A stretch of 64,000 nucleotides of DNA from Vulcanimicrobiota bacterium (GTDB taxonomy: Bacteria > Vulcanimicrobiota > Xenobia > Xenobiales > JADMJV01): NCBI GenBank assembly GCA_050250895.1, contig JBFWNU010000003.1:256001-320000 (forward strand), given 5' to 3'. Below, in pieces: positions 9,320-18,594 of this stretch. Each line of letters opens with the position of its first letter. Position 1 is the first letter of the stretch. The notes beneath the pieces were generated by a model. The model was not told where the DNA came from, did no database searches, and was given only the letters and a program-made list of their open reading frames with translations. Both the position numbers and the translations under genes were made by a program.

Positions 9320-10015
9320 GTGAACGTAGTCAGTCCGACGACCTTTCCGACCGCACCAGCATTTAATCCCCTCGCGCTCGCGTTCGGGAGCCGGCTGGCG
9401 GCGCCGGTGGCCCCTTCGTTCTTTGCTCCGGGAGAGTTTCTAGGCTCGCTGTCGACCCTCAGTCAGGGTTGGGCCGGTTTTGCGGGCTTTCCGCCGGCCC
9501 TGGCTCTGGCCAATCCAGCCTTCGGCCCCTTCGAGACCATCGCTGTTCCCTCGGTGGGCGACGACTTCCTCAAGTCGCTCACCAGCGGCAAGGTCAGTCT
9601 GCCCAGCGGTGGCGACGGCGCGTTCGCCGGTTTCCCGCCGGCCCTGGGTCTTCCCAATCCGGCCTTTGGTCCGTTTCCCGGCATCGATGTGCCCGCCGTG
9701 GGCGACGATTTCCTCAAAGAGCTGCTGAGCGGTAAAGCCAAGTTGCCCACGGGCTCGGCTGGCGGCGCGCTGCCGGGCTTCCCTCCAGCCCTCGGCCTGG
9801 CCCACCCGGCTTTCGGTCCCTTTGCCAACATCGGCGTCCCGGCGGTGGGGGACGACTTCCTCAAGACCGCCCTGGGTGGCAAAGGCAAGAGCAACGTGCT
9901 GATGGGTGGCTTTCCGGCTCTCGACATGGGCCCCTTCGCCAACCTGGGCATCAACTTCGACATCAGCGCCTCGACCCCTGACCAGGCCGCCAGGCGAGGC
10001 CGCAAAGGCCGCTAG
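9320..10015 (+). CDS. Hypothetical protein with three ~49-aa Pro/Phe/Gly tandem repeats
   Basis: RBS AGGAGG before GTG. The repeat GFPPALxLxxPAFGPFxxIxVPxVGDDFLK occurs three times with synonymous divergence at DNA level. Confidence 0.75.
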   Translation: MNVVSPTTFPTAPAFNPLALAFGSRLAAPVAPSFFAPGEFLGSLSTLSQGWAGFAGFPPALALANPAFGPFETIAVPSVGDDFLKSLTSGKVSLPSGGDGAFAGFPPALGLPNPAFGPFPGIDVPAVGDDFLKELLSGKAKLPTGSAGGALPGFPPALGLAHPAFGPFANIGVPAVGDDFLKTALGGKGKSNVLMGGFPALDMGPFANLGINFDISASTPDQAARRGRKGR

Positions 10016-11103
10016 TCGGTTTCGGCCGGCATCCGTCCGCCCTCGCCTCGCTCGGGCGGGACATCGGCACATTCCTCGGCTCGGCAGTCGTTGAGAAAAT
10101 CGATCATCTGGCGGAGCCGTCCATAGTTGCCGTTGGTAAATCGGAATCGAAGCGAAGGCAGGTTTTCGAGGGTCGGGTCGTAAGCCTCGCCCGAGGGAGC
10201 CGAGCAAGCTTCGATCGGGCCCTCGGCCAGATCGGCAAAGTCGGTGTTGAGCACCTCGAGTTCCTGGGGGTCGACCGAGCGGGTCAGGCGCACGAATAGC
10301 TCTTGCCCGCGGAAGCGAAGCGAATGGTAGCGACGATAGAAACGGCAGATTTCGTCGCAGGCCTCTTCGATACTATGGGTCACTTTGTAGAGGCTCAGAT
10401 CCTCGTCAGAGATCATTCCCTGGGCGAGCAGCGTCTCGCAATTGTAGTGGTGCCAGTCTTGCCAGATGGTGTTGCCTTCGGGAGCCAGGCAGACCACCGG
10501 CAAAAGCTGGGCTTTGCCGGTTTGAATCAGGGTCAGCGTTTCGAACCCCTCGTCGTGGGTTCCGAAGCCGCCGGGGCAGAGCACGACCCCGTGGCAGTCT
10601 TTGAGAAAGGCCAGCTTGCGCGTGAAGAAATACTTGAACGAGATGTCTTTGAGGTCGCCGCGGATGTGGGGGTTCGAGGCTCCTTCGCGGGGCAACAAGA
10701 TTCCCATGCCGAAGCTGTGCTCGCGCCCGGCCCCTTCGTTGCCGGCCGCCATGACGCCCGGCCCGGCCCCGGTGATGACCATGTAGCCGCGCTCGACGAT
10801 GGCCTCGGCGAAGTCTTTAGCCTGCTCATAGACAGGGCTTGAGGGGGCCGAGCGGGCCGAGCCGAAGATGCTGACTTTGCGGCGCTGATAGAACATCTCG
10901 AGCACATCAAAGGAATGCTCCATCTCTTCGAGAGCGGCCGCCGTGATTTTGAGGTCGGCCCGGCGATCGTCGCCCGACATGCGTAAGACCGAGGCGAGCA
11001 TGCGCTCGATCAAGTCGCGATGGGGAACGCTACCGTCCAGGCGGGTCATGAATTCGGAGGCGAGGCCGTCGAAGTGGGCCTTCTGTTGGTGGTTAGGACG
11101 CAT
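10012..11103 (-). CDS. LOG family (lysine-decarboxylase-like, SLOG) nucleotide phosphoribohydrolase
   Basis: FGSAR, ITGAGPGVM, FKYFFTRK and PGGFGTHDE motifs; start taken at MRPNH. Confidence 0.88.
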   Translation of the reverse strand: MRPNHQQKAHFDGLASEFMTRLDGSVPHRDLIERMLASVLRMSGDDRRADLKITAAALEEMEHSFDVLEMFYQRRKVSIFGSARSAPSSPVYEQAKDFAEAIVERGYMVITGAGPGVMAAGNEGAGREHSFGMGILLPREGASNPHIRGDLKDISFKYFFTRKLAFLKDCHGVVLCPGGFGTHDEGFETLTLIQTGKAQLLPVVCLAPEGNTIWQDWHHYNCETLLAQGMISDEDLSLYKVTHSIEEACDEICRFYRRYHSLRFRGQELFVRLTRSVDPQELEVLNTDFADLAEGPIEACSAPSGEAYDPTLENLPSLRFRFTNGNYGRLRQMIDFLNDCRAEECADVPPERGEGGRMPAETD

Positions 11104-11119
11104 CTCCGCCGTTTCGACC

Positions 11120-12244
11120 TCAGGTCGCGGCCTTCTTCTTTTCGGCCAGGCACTCGTTGATGATGGCCCAGACGGCTCCGGCGTCGGTGGTGATGTCCTC
11201 GGGACGGCCGTTGAACCGCCCGCAGAACGAGGATTTGAGCACTTCCGGCAGCACCCGCTTCTGCTCGTTGGCAAAGAGCGGATGCTTGAGATAGAGGCAG
11301 GCTTCTTCGGTGGCTCGGACCGACAGACCAGTGCCTAGCTCGGCGCTGCGGCGGATGGCATCGGCCACCGAGACCAGCTTGGTGATGACGGCCTTAGAAA
11401 CCTCGGGATGGCGGGCCTGCAGCAGTTTGACTTCTTCGGGGGGAGGCAGATAATCCATCTGGAGGGGGGCGAATCGGTCCAACTGGGCGGCGTCAATGCC
11501 GAAGGTCCCCGAGAATTCGTTGCCCCGGTTGACGGCGGCGATGAACTGGACATTGTCGGGCACGGGCAAGAAGTTGTTGTCGACCGGATTGAAGATGCGA
11601 CGGGTGGTGTCGAGGGCCGGCATGAGGGCGTTACGAGCGCTCTCCTGGCAGCGGTTGAACTCGTCGAGAAAGATCAGGGTGCGGCGCGAGCGCTGCTGAT
11701 TGGCGGCTTCTAAGGCCAGCAAGACCTCGGTCTGGAGAAAGTCCATCACCGGTTGACCGGTGTCCGAGGCCCGCACCTGGACGGTGGCCAGAAAATCGCT
11801 GGCCTCGACCACGGCTCCGCAGTTGAAGAAGACGAACTGCATTCCGAGGGCTTCGGCGATAGTGCGGGCTAGCACCGTCTTGCCGCAGCCCTGCGGTCCG
11901 TCGAGCAAGATGTTGAGGCCGCTCTCGAGCAATACCTGCAACTTGCGTGACACGATAGGATCGAGATAGACCCCTTCGAGTCGCATCGGCTGGGACTGGA
12001 CGAACTCGACCAGAATGGCCCCCCGGTCCCTGCGATCGGGCTTTTGCACCTCGACAATCTTGACCAGGCAGGGCATTCCCGGCACGATGCGGGGGTCATC
12101 GCAGAGCACCACCTTGGGGGCTCGACGGCCGTCGAGATGGGTGGCCCGAAAACGAAAGCTCGACTCGTCGACAGGATTGACCCAGAAGGTTGCCTCATGC
12201 ACATTGCCGGGCGCGAGTTCGGAGACGGTCCACTTTTTTTCCAT
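11120..12244 (-). CDS. MoxR/CbbQ-type AAA+ ATPase with small N-terminal beta domain
   Basis: Walker A GPQGCGKT, Walker B FLDEFNR, AAVN and LDRF. Confidence 0.88.
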   Translation of the reverse strand: MEKKWTVSELAPGNVHEATFWVNPVDESSFRFRATHLDGRRAPKVVLCDDPRIVPGMPCLVKIVEVQKPDRRDRGAILVEFVQSQPMRLEGVYLDPIVSRKLQVLLESGLNILLDGPQGCGKTVLARTIAEALGMQFVFFNCGAVVEASDFLATVQVRASDTGQPVMDFLQTEVLLALEAANQQRSRRTLIFLDEFNRCQESARNALMPALDTTRRIFNPVDNNFLPVPDNVQFIAAVNRGNEFSGTFGIDAAQLDRFAPLQMDYLPPPEEVKLLQARHPEVSKAVITKLVSVADAIRRSAELGTGLSVRATEEACLYLKHPLFANEQKRVLPEVLKSSFCGRFNGRPEDITTDAGAVWAIINECLAEKKKAAT

Positions 12245-12286
12245 CGGGGCCGATTCGCAGCCGGCCCGAAGGTGTCCTACGAAATG

Positions 12287-12322
12287 AAAAACGGCCCGGC
12301 CAGGGAGACTGGCCGGGCCGTT
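12287..12322 (-). terminator. Rho-independent terminator of the FG-GAP gene
   Basis: Minus strand AACGGCCCGGCCAG-TCTCC-CTGGCCGGGCCGTTTTT. Confidence 0.85.
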
Positions 12323-12328
12323 CGAGGG

Positions 12329-13561
12329 TTAGTTGGAGGTGTTGAGCAGCAGGTGGGCGGCGCCACCGGCGGCGGTGATGATGTCGGGCTTGTTGTCACC
12401 ATTGAAGTCACCCACCGCGATGGAACGAACGACCTGATTGGCGATTACCGAAAAGACCTGTTGGGCGGCTACGGTTCCGTCGCCGTTGCCCAGGAAGATG
12501 GCCGCCTCGCCGGTGCCGTTGAGGTTGAGGCCAAAAGCGCTACCGGCCACGGGGTCGACCCGACCGTCGAGATTGAAGTCGCCCATGGCGGCTCCGAAGG
12601 GGTCCTGAGAGACGGGGGTGGTGGTGCCAATGGCGAACACGCCGGCTCCGTTGTTGACGAAGGTGCGCAGGACCGAGTTGTTGCCGTCGATGGATGGGAT
12701 GGCGATGTCGTCGATTCCGTCGCCATCGAGGTCACCGGCGGCGATCATCTGGGCCGTGGCGCCGGCCGGCATGGGCAGGCCGTTACTGGCGTTGGCAGCC
12801 GGAAACAGGTTGGCCGCGTTGCCGCTCGATAGCCAGAAGGCGCCGAAGGGGTCGCCGAAGTTGGCGATGGCGAGATCCGGGAAGTTGTCGCCATTGAGGT
12901 TGGCCACCACCAGCCCGCGGATGTTGCTGAGGTTGCCGGCCGAGGTGAAGTTGAAGGCGTTGAAGCCGTTGGCTCCGTCGTTGAGCAAGACGTTGACGCT
13001 GTCGTTGCCCGCATCGGCAATGGCCACATCGAGGCCGTTGACGCCGTCGAAGTCGGCCACGCCGATGCCGCGATTGCTGGTGCCGACGTTGAAGTCGTTG
13101 CGGTTGGGGAAGGCGCCGGTCCCGTCGTTGAGCAGGATGCTCAGCTGGCTGGCCGTGGCCACGGCCAGGTCCAGGTCGTTGTCTCCGTCAAAGTCGCCGA
13201 CCGCGATGGCGGTGGGACCACTGGCGGCGGTGGCAAACAGTTGCTCGGCCCCAAAGCCGCCCGCCCCGTCACCCAGAAAGACGCTGACGTCATTGGTGCC
13301 GTTGTTGGCCACCGCGAAGTCGAGGTTGGCGTCGTTGTTGAACCGGCCCACGGCCACGATTTGAGGGTTGGCCGAGCCGCCGTTACCGGCGTTGAGCACA
13401 ATGGTGGGCTGGGCGGCAAATCCTAGCGTAAGGCCGTTGGCCCCCCCTCCGCCGTCGGTGAAGAAGCCGAGATTGTTCGAGTTGGTGGTGTCACAGGCCG
13501 TGAAGGTCAAAGCTGCGGCCAGCACCAGTGCCGAAGCAAATCGGCGCCATGATATGGACAT
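12329..13561 (-). CDS. FG-GAP/VCBS repeat lipoprotein
   Basis: Lipobox LTFTAC and about seven GDFxGDxxxD repeats; RBS GGGGGA before ATG 13561. Confidence 0.9.
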   Translation of the reverse strand: MSISWRRFASALVLAAALTFTACDTTNSNNLGFFTDGGGGANGLTLGFAAQPTIVLNAGNGGSANPQIVAVGRFNNDANLDFAVANNGTNDVSVFLGDGAGGFGAEQLFATAASGPTAIAVGDFDGDNDLDLAVATASQLSILLNDGTGAFPNRNDFNVGTSNRGIGVADFDGVNGLDVAIADAGNDSVNVLLNDGANGFNAFNFTSAGNLSNIRGLVVANLNGDNFPDLAIANFGDPFGAFWLSSGNAANLFPAANASNGLPMPAGATAQMIAAGDLDGDGIDDIAIPSIDGNNSVLRTFVNNGAGVFAIGTTTPVSQDPFGAAMGDFNLDGRVDPVAGSAFGLNLNGTGEAAIFLGNGDGTVAAQQVFSVIANQVVRSIAVGDFNGDNKPDIITAAGGAAHLLLNTSN

Positions 13562-13661
13562 TAGTCCCCCTTGGAATGAGTTTGATCGCCAGGGGTTCGC
13601 CGGGCCGACCACGGTCCCATCGTGCTCTGCTCAAGAAGTGTCAGAGGGCTTCGTGGTACTT

Positions 13662-16600
13662 CTAGGGTCGAACGGCTCGACTGACCAGCCTGGAGAGAAT
13701 GCGTCCGAAAGCGATGACCGAAGCATCGAGGTCGTTCTCGAGCAGCTCGATGTAGTGGGGGAAGCAGACTTCTTGCAGCTTTCGCACGGCCACCTGAGCG
13801 CACAGTAGACCGCGCCGGCGGGTGAGGTGCCTGACCAGCGCTCGCAGGGCGCTGACCGTGCACTGGGTGGGTAAGCCGTCCGAGATCATCACCAACAGTC
13901 TGGTCTTGCGCGGGCTTGCCAGGGCCAACCCCGCCAGATAGTCGAGCGCACCGGCGTCGTTGTTGCCCCCGCTGCATTCCAGATTGTGGGCGGCGCAGCG
14001 ATTGGCGTCACCGGCATCGTAGAGGGTGGTGTCGGTGAACCCGACCACGCGCACGTCGATCCCGCCTAGTCCGCGGCCGGCCTCCGCCAGCAGGGTGGCG
14101 AACAGGCGCGCTTTGTGCAGCGACTCGCCCTGCATCGAGCCCGAGCAATCGACGGCCAGACCGAGGAAGAGGTCGGTTTCGACCTCGAGGCGTCGGGCCT
14201 CGAGCACCCGCACGTCCCCTCGCAAGACGACCGCCGGTAGTTGGGCGCGGTCCAGGCGACGGCCGCTGGTGCGCCGCTTGTGGGGTCGATAGCGCAGACC
14301 CAAACGCTCGAAAACGGCCCGCAAACGGCGGGCATAGCGCGCCACCGCGCGGACGTGCTCGCGATGGGCTACCGGGTCGAAGGCTACCGGCACCACTGCT
14401 GTCAAGGGGGGAAAGTCGACTTGAGGCCCGTCGTTGAGGACCAGAGCCCGAGCTCCTCCTTTGCGAAGGCGCTCGACTTCGCGACGCAATTCGTCGGGGG
14501 TCAGGCCCTCGGTGCGCACGATGACCTCGGCGTCGTCCCACTCCGGGGTGTCGGGACCGAGGCTTTCGAGCAGCACGGTCTGGGTGCCAAAGAGCCGTTG
14601 CAACTCCAGCGTGATTTCGTAGAGCCTTTCCATGTCTGCATGCCGAAAGTCAGGGCCGAAGAGGGCCAGGGCCTGGCCGACCAGCGGGTCGTGATGACGA
14701 TTGCCCAAACCCATGCGCAGGGCTCGCACGAAGCGCCCAAAGGGAAGCGAACTCTTCTCGAGGGCGCGAAAGACATCGCGACCGCGGACTCGCAGGCAGC
14801 CCCGGCGGCGGGCCAGTTGCAGGCGGGTGGCGGTCAAGACCTCAAAAAGCCCGCGGCCCAGGCTGACCACCAGGCTCTCGAGTTCGACCTCCCGGTCGCG
14901 ATGGCCGAAGGCATAAGCCGTCAGTCGCTTGAGCTTCTGGTCGTTGTCGGCGTGGTTGGCGCGCAGGTTTCGCTCGAGATGCTCATCCGAGACCAGATTG
15001 AGCAGCGAGTGCAAGCCGGCCTTTTCGGCTCGCGTCCAAACAGCTTTGGAGGCCGCGTCGGCGTGGTAGATGTGGTGGCCGAATTCATGCAGCATCAGCC
15101 CTTTGACGATGTCTTCGGCGTGGCGTTCGCCGGTGAAGATGGGCATCACGTTGACGAAGATGCGAGCCTCATGCAGGTAGGTGTAGCCCAGCTTCTCGCC
15201 GGTGAGCATTTCCAGGGCAAAGAGCTTGCCGGTCAGTTCGCGTCCGCGGCTGAGTCCCCAGTGAAAAGCCTCGGCCACCCGGCGCACGCGGGCGGCCCGC
15301 TCCGGGCTGCGACGCAGCTGCTGGACCAGGGGGCCGCAGGTGGCCGGCTTGCGGCTGTCTTTTAACACTTCCAGGGCCAGCGGCTCGAAGTGTTTGGAGG
15401 GCATGGTGACCAGCCATTTGAGCAGCTCGGTTTCCGCCAAACCGCTAGCCAGCAGCCCCACCACCGCGTCTCTCAGGTGCTCGGTGTCGGCGGCGGCCAG
15501 CGCCAGGCGGTGGCGAGTGCCGAAGATCCGTTCCCAGAACAGCAGCGGCAAGCCCGTGGGATCGCCTGCCTCGAAAAGGGCGGTGGCCACCTTGAGACGC
15601 AGCCCGGCCAGACGTTGGGGCCCCGCTAGCAGAAAGTCGCGAAGCCGCCGACGAGCAGTGGGGGAGGGGTGGCTCAGGAGCTGCTCCACGGCCGGATGGT
15701 AGGCGTGAGGGTGGGGGCTGGTGGCCAGTTTTTCAGGCAAATCGGCCAGGCCGAGCCGCTCGAGACGTTCCCAGTGGCCGGCCCCAAGCCAGGTGGTCTG
15801 GGTGGGAGCCAGGGCTGCCTCGAGCAGCACCTCCTCCCATTCTTCGCCCGATTCGGCCAGCGATAGAGCGGCCACGAACCTTACCTCGGCGGGGTAGTGT
15901 CCCGCCCGCAGTCGCTCGCGCACCTGCTCGAGGCTGACAGGATCTGGCCAGAGCCCGACCGACTCGGCCAAAACTCCCAGTTGGGGCAGGTCTTCCTCCA
16001 GCAGTTGCAGCAGTCGCTGGCAACCGCTGGGGCGAAAATCGAGCAGGCGCAGAGCCGCTTCGGCCACGATCTCGGCTTGCGGGCCCCGAGCCCACTCGAC
16101 CAACTGCTCGAGGTCCTGGCAGCGCCCGATGAGACGCTTTTGATCGTCGGTCAACTTGACCCGGCGTCCGCGCGCGGCCTGGCCGAGACCGCGGCTGTCG
16201 AACCAGCGAGCGAGCATGCTGCGGGCCTGGGGGTCGAGATCAGGCAGTAGAGCGGTGACTTCAGCCCGGACCAGACCGGTCGGCCCGCCATGATAGTCCC
16301 AACAGCGATCCAGGCACACGGCCGCGCCGACTCCGCCCGGGCCGGCCAGCGCTGCTACGGCCAGCTCCTCCAGGCTAGAAGTGGCGCAGCTGGCGAAAAG
16401 CGAACGTTCGCGCCATCGCCACATGCCCAGCAAGCGACCGGTGGCCCCCCAGCCTTCTTCGCACAAGCGCGGGTTGCCCTGCGCGATGAAGGCCAACCAA
16501 CTGGTCAGGTTGGCCGGACTCTGGTCGAGGCTCGACCAGAGAAAACCCAGATGCCTTTCCCAGCGCGACAGCCAGGCATGGCCATGGACGGGAAGACCTT

Positions 16601-18524
16601 CATTCATTAGCCAGAGACGACAGGCCCGCTCGTCGAGCGAGGTGAGAAAATCGCTCCCGGTCGAGCTATAGTTCTGAAACTCCGCGTCCACTTCGTGGTA
16701 AGGATCGTGGCACCCCAGCAAGGCCAGGCACACCTCCAGGCAGGGGGTCTCGGGACAGGGGCGTTGGCTCAGGGCGGCGGTCAGGCCTCGGCAGGGGCTG
16801 CGCAGGCAGGGCTCCACCGCGTGGGGCAGGGCGGCGGCAGCGCAGGTCGCGATTTGGCGGGCCTCGGCCCTGGTCAGGCTGCGCACATGGGGGGAAGCTT
16901 TCGTCGCCGGCAGGCTGATTTGAGGCCGACGGGCTCGAGCCCAATCCGCGATCCGCCGGTCAGCGTGCCGTTCTAGCTGGCTGGCCAGACAGACTTCACA
17001 GGCGAAAGGAAAGGCCGAGCAGTGATCGACGCGCCCGAGCAGGGTGAGCAGTCTCGCTTGGGTCAGACGAGTAGCCAGTTCATAGAATTCCTGGGCCCCC
17101 AGTCGTTCGGCCAGCATTTGCAGCAGAATTGGGGTGAGCGGGTTGTCACGGTGGTCTAGTACTCGCTCGAGCACCCCGGCGGGTGGGGCTGCTTCGCTCA
17201 ACTGGCGGGCCAGCAAGCGCAGGCGATTGGGCGAAAAGCCGGGGTTGGGCGGGGCGGCCAGTTCGAGGGCCAGATCCACCGCCTGAAGTTTCTCGGCCGG
17301 CGTCAGGCCGTCTAACGCGGCGCGACCCGCCTCATATTCATCCCCTTCGACCAGATCCGTCAGCGCCGCCGCCGCCATCCAACCGGACGCTCTTCCCAGG
17401 CGCTCAAAGAAGGTTCGGCTGGTCTTGGGGTGGCGACCCGGCGCGGCCAGATGGGCCAGTCCTGCCGGGTGGTGTCGCACGGCCAGCATCAAGGCGTCGA
17501 AGTCGACCCGGCGGATCAGGACTCGCATGGGATCTTCGGCCAATCGCAGCAGGGCCCCAAGCATCAGGAGATCAAGGCGGCCCTGGAAGTCGACCAGGGG
17601 AGGGGCTTGCAGGATGAGCGCGATCTCCTCGTCGTCAAGGCGGTCGGAGCGGTGGCCAAGGCGATACAGGCGAGCCAGACCTCTGCGCCTGGCCCCCTCG
17701 GGAAACCAGGCGAACCTGAGGCTGCGGGGATGAAAGCCCACGATCAGGCCAACGACCCAGTCCGGCCAGTTGCCCTGGCTCAGACCGACTCGGCACAGCG
17801 ACGCGATGGGCCTGGCCCGGTGATCGTGGCTGGACAACCATTGGCCGACCTCGCTCCAGAAAGCACCTTCGACGTCCCAGAAAAGACCAAAGAGAGCGTC
17901 CAGGGGGTCGGGCTCCATGGGCGGAGGGCGGGTGCCCCGGGCCCAATCCTCGCTGCGAGTGGGCACCGCCACCCCGAGCAGCTTAGCGGCCGCCCCTCGG
18001 CGGAGCAGATGGCGCGCTCGGGCGGGCGAGAGCGTCCCTAGCTCGGTCCATTCGAGGATGGGACCGACCAGGCTGGGCGCGAGGTCGGGTAGCTGCTCTC
18101 TCGCCGCTGCCGCCAGCCAGGGGTCTTCCAGCAGAAAGAGGTTCAGCCATTGGGCCGTCGACGGGCTATGATCGAGGGCTAGACGTCTCACCTCGACCCG
18201 CGGGTGAAATACTAAGTGAGCCCAACGGGCCGGGTCGTGGTGGACCGACTCGGTCATGGCCTGGGCGGCCGCTTTCACCACGTCAGGGGCCGGGTCGCCC
18301 AGAAGTTCTAACAACCAGCTCAGGGCCCGCGGACCTTCGGCGCCAGCCAGAGCGCGGGCCGCGGCCGCACGCACTCTGGCCTTGGAGTGGGCCAGGGCCC
18401 GGGGAAGACGTCCCAGGAAAGGGACTCTCTCTTTGAGCTTGAGGGCGGCCAGAAGCTCGAGCTGCTCCACCAGCAAGTCGGCGGGGGCGCCGGGATCGTC
18501 GAGGGCTTCCCACAAGGCCAGCAT
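13662..18524 (-). CDS. Giant HEAT-repeat / HExxH metallopeptidase-like / vWA protein (likely MoxR partner)
   Basis: N-terminal HEAT repeats (VRAAAARALA, LGDPAPDVVKAAA), HEFGH, and a C-terminal vWA MIDAS DCSGSM...ISDG. Start placed at MLALW because the longer ORF overlaps a divergent promoter. Confidence 0.82.
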   Translation of the reverse strand: MLALWEALDDPGAPADLLVEQLELLAALKLKERVPFLGRLPRALAHSKARVRAAAARALAGAEGPRALSWLLELLGDPAPDVVKAAAQAMTESVHHDPARWAHLVFHPRVEVRRLALDHSPSTAQWLNLFLLEDPWLAAAAREQLPDLAPSLVGPILEWTELGTLSPARARHLLRRGAAAKLLGVAVPTRSEDWARGTRPPPMEPDPLDALFGLFWDVEGAFWSEVGQWLSSHDHRARPIASLCRVGLSQGNWPDWVVGLIVGFHPRSLRFAWFPEGARRRGLARLYRLGHRSDRLDDEEIALILQAPPLVDFQGRLDLLMLGALLRLAEDPMRVLIRRVDFDALMLAVRHHPAGLAHLAAPGRHPKTSRTFFERLGRASGWMAAAALTDLVEGDEYEAGRAALDGLTPAEKLQAVDLALELAAPPNPGFSPNRLRLLARQLSEAAPPAGVLERVLDHRDNPLTPILLQMLAERLGAQEFYELATRLTQARLLTLLGRVDHCSAFPFACEVCLASQLERHADRRIADWARARRPQISLPATKASPHVRSLTRAEARQIATCAAAALPHAVEPCLRSPCRGLTAALSQRPCPETPCLEVCLALLGCHDPYHEVDAEFQNYSSTGSDFLTSLDERACRLWLMNEGLPVHGHAWLSRWERHLGFLWSSLDQSPANLTSWLAFIAQGNPRLCEEGWGATGRLLGMWRWRERSLFASCATSSLEELAVAALAGPGGVGAAVCLDRCWDYHGGPTGLVRAEVTALLPDLDPQARSMLARWFDSRGLGQAARGRRVKLTDDQKRLIGRCQDLEQLVEWARGPQAEIVAEAALRLLDFRPSGCQRLLQLLEEDLPQLGVLAESVGLWPDPVSLEQVRERLRAGHYPAEVRFVAALSLAESGEEWEEVLLEAALAPTQTTWLGAGHWERLERLGLADLPEKLATSPHPHAYHPAVEQLLSHPSPTARRRLRDFLLAGPQRLAGLRLKVATALFEAGDPTGLPLLFWERIFGTRHRLALAAADTEHLRDAVVGLLASGLAETELLKWLVTMPSKHFEPLALEVLKDSRKPATCGPLVQQLRRSPERAARVRRVAEAFHWGLSRGRELTGKLFALEMLTGEKLGYTYLHEARIFVNVMPIFTGERHAEDIVKGLMLHEFGHHIYHADAASKAVWTRAEKAGLHSLLNLVSDEHLERNLRANHADNDQKLKRLTAYAFGHRDREVELESLVVSLGRGLFEVLTATRLQLARRRGCLRVRGRDVFRALEKSSLPFGRFVRALRMGLGNRHHDPLVGQALALFGPDFRHADMERLYEITLELQRLFGTQTVLLESLGPDTPEWDDAEVIVRTEGLTPDELRREVERLRKGGARALVLNDGPQVDFPPLTAVVPVAFDPVAHREHVRAVARYARRLRAVFERLGLRYRPHKRRTSGRRLDRAQLPAVVLRGDVRVLEARRLEVETDLFLGLAVDCSGSMQGESLHKARLFATLLAEAGRGLGGIDVRVVGFTDTTLYDAGDANRCAAHNLECSGGNNDAGALDYLAGLALASPRKTRLLVMISDGLPTQCTVSALRALVRHLTRRRGLLCAQVAVRKLQEVCFPHYIELLENDLDASVIAFGRILSRLVSRAVRP

Positions 18525-18559
18525 AGCTGTGCGTTCTGGCGAGGCTGAGCATGTCCCTG

Positions 18560-18588
18560 TTGACAATCTCTGGCCAAACAAGTAATAT
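18560..18588 (+). promoter_or_regulatory. Near-consensus sigma70 promoter
   Basis: TTGACA(18560-65)-17 bp-TAATAT(18583-88) in a GC-rich genome; predicted start about 18595. Confidence 0.75.
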
Positions 18589-18594
18589 TGGATG

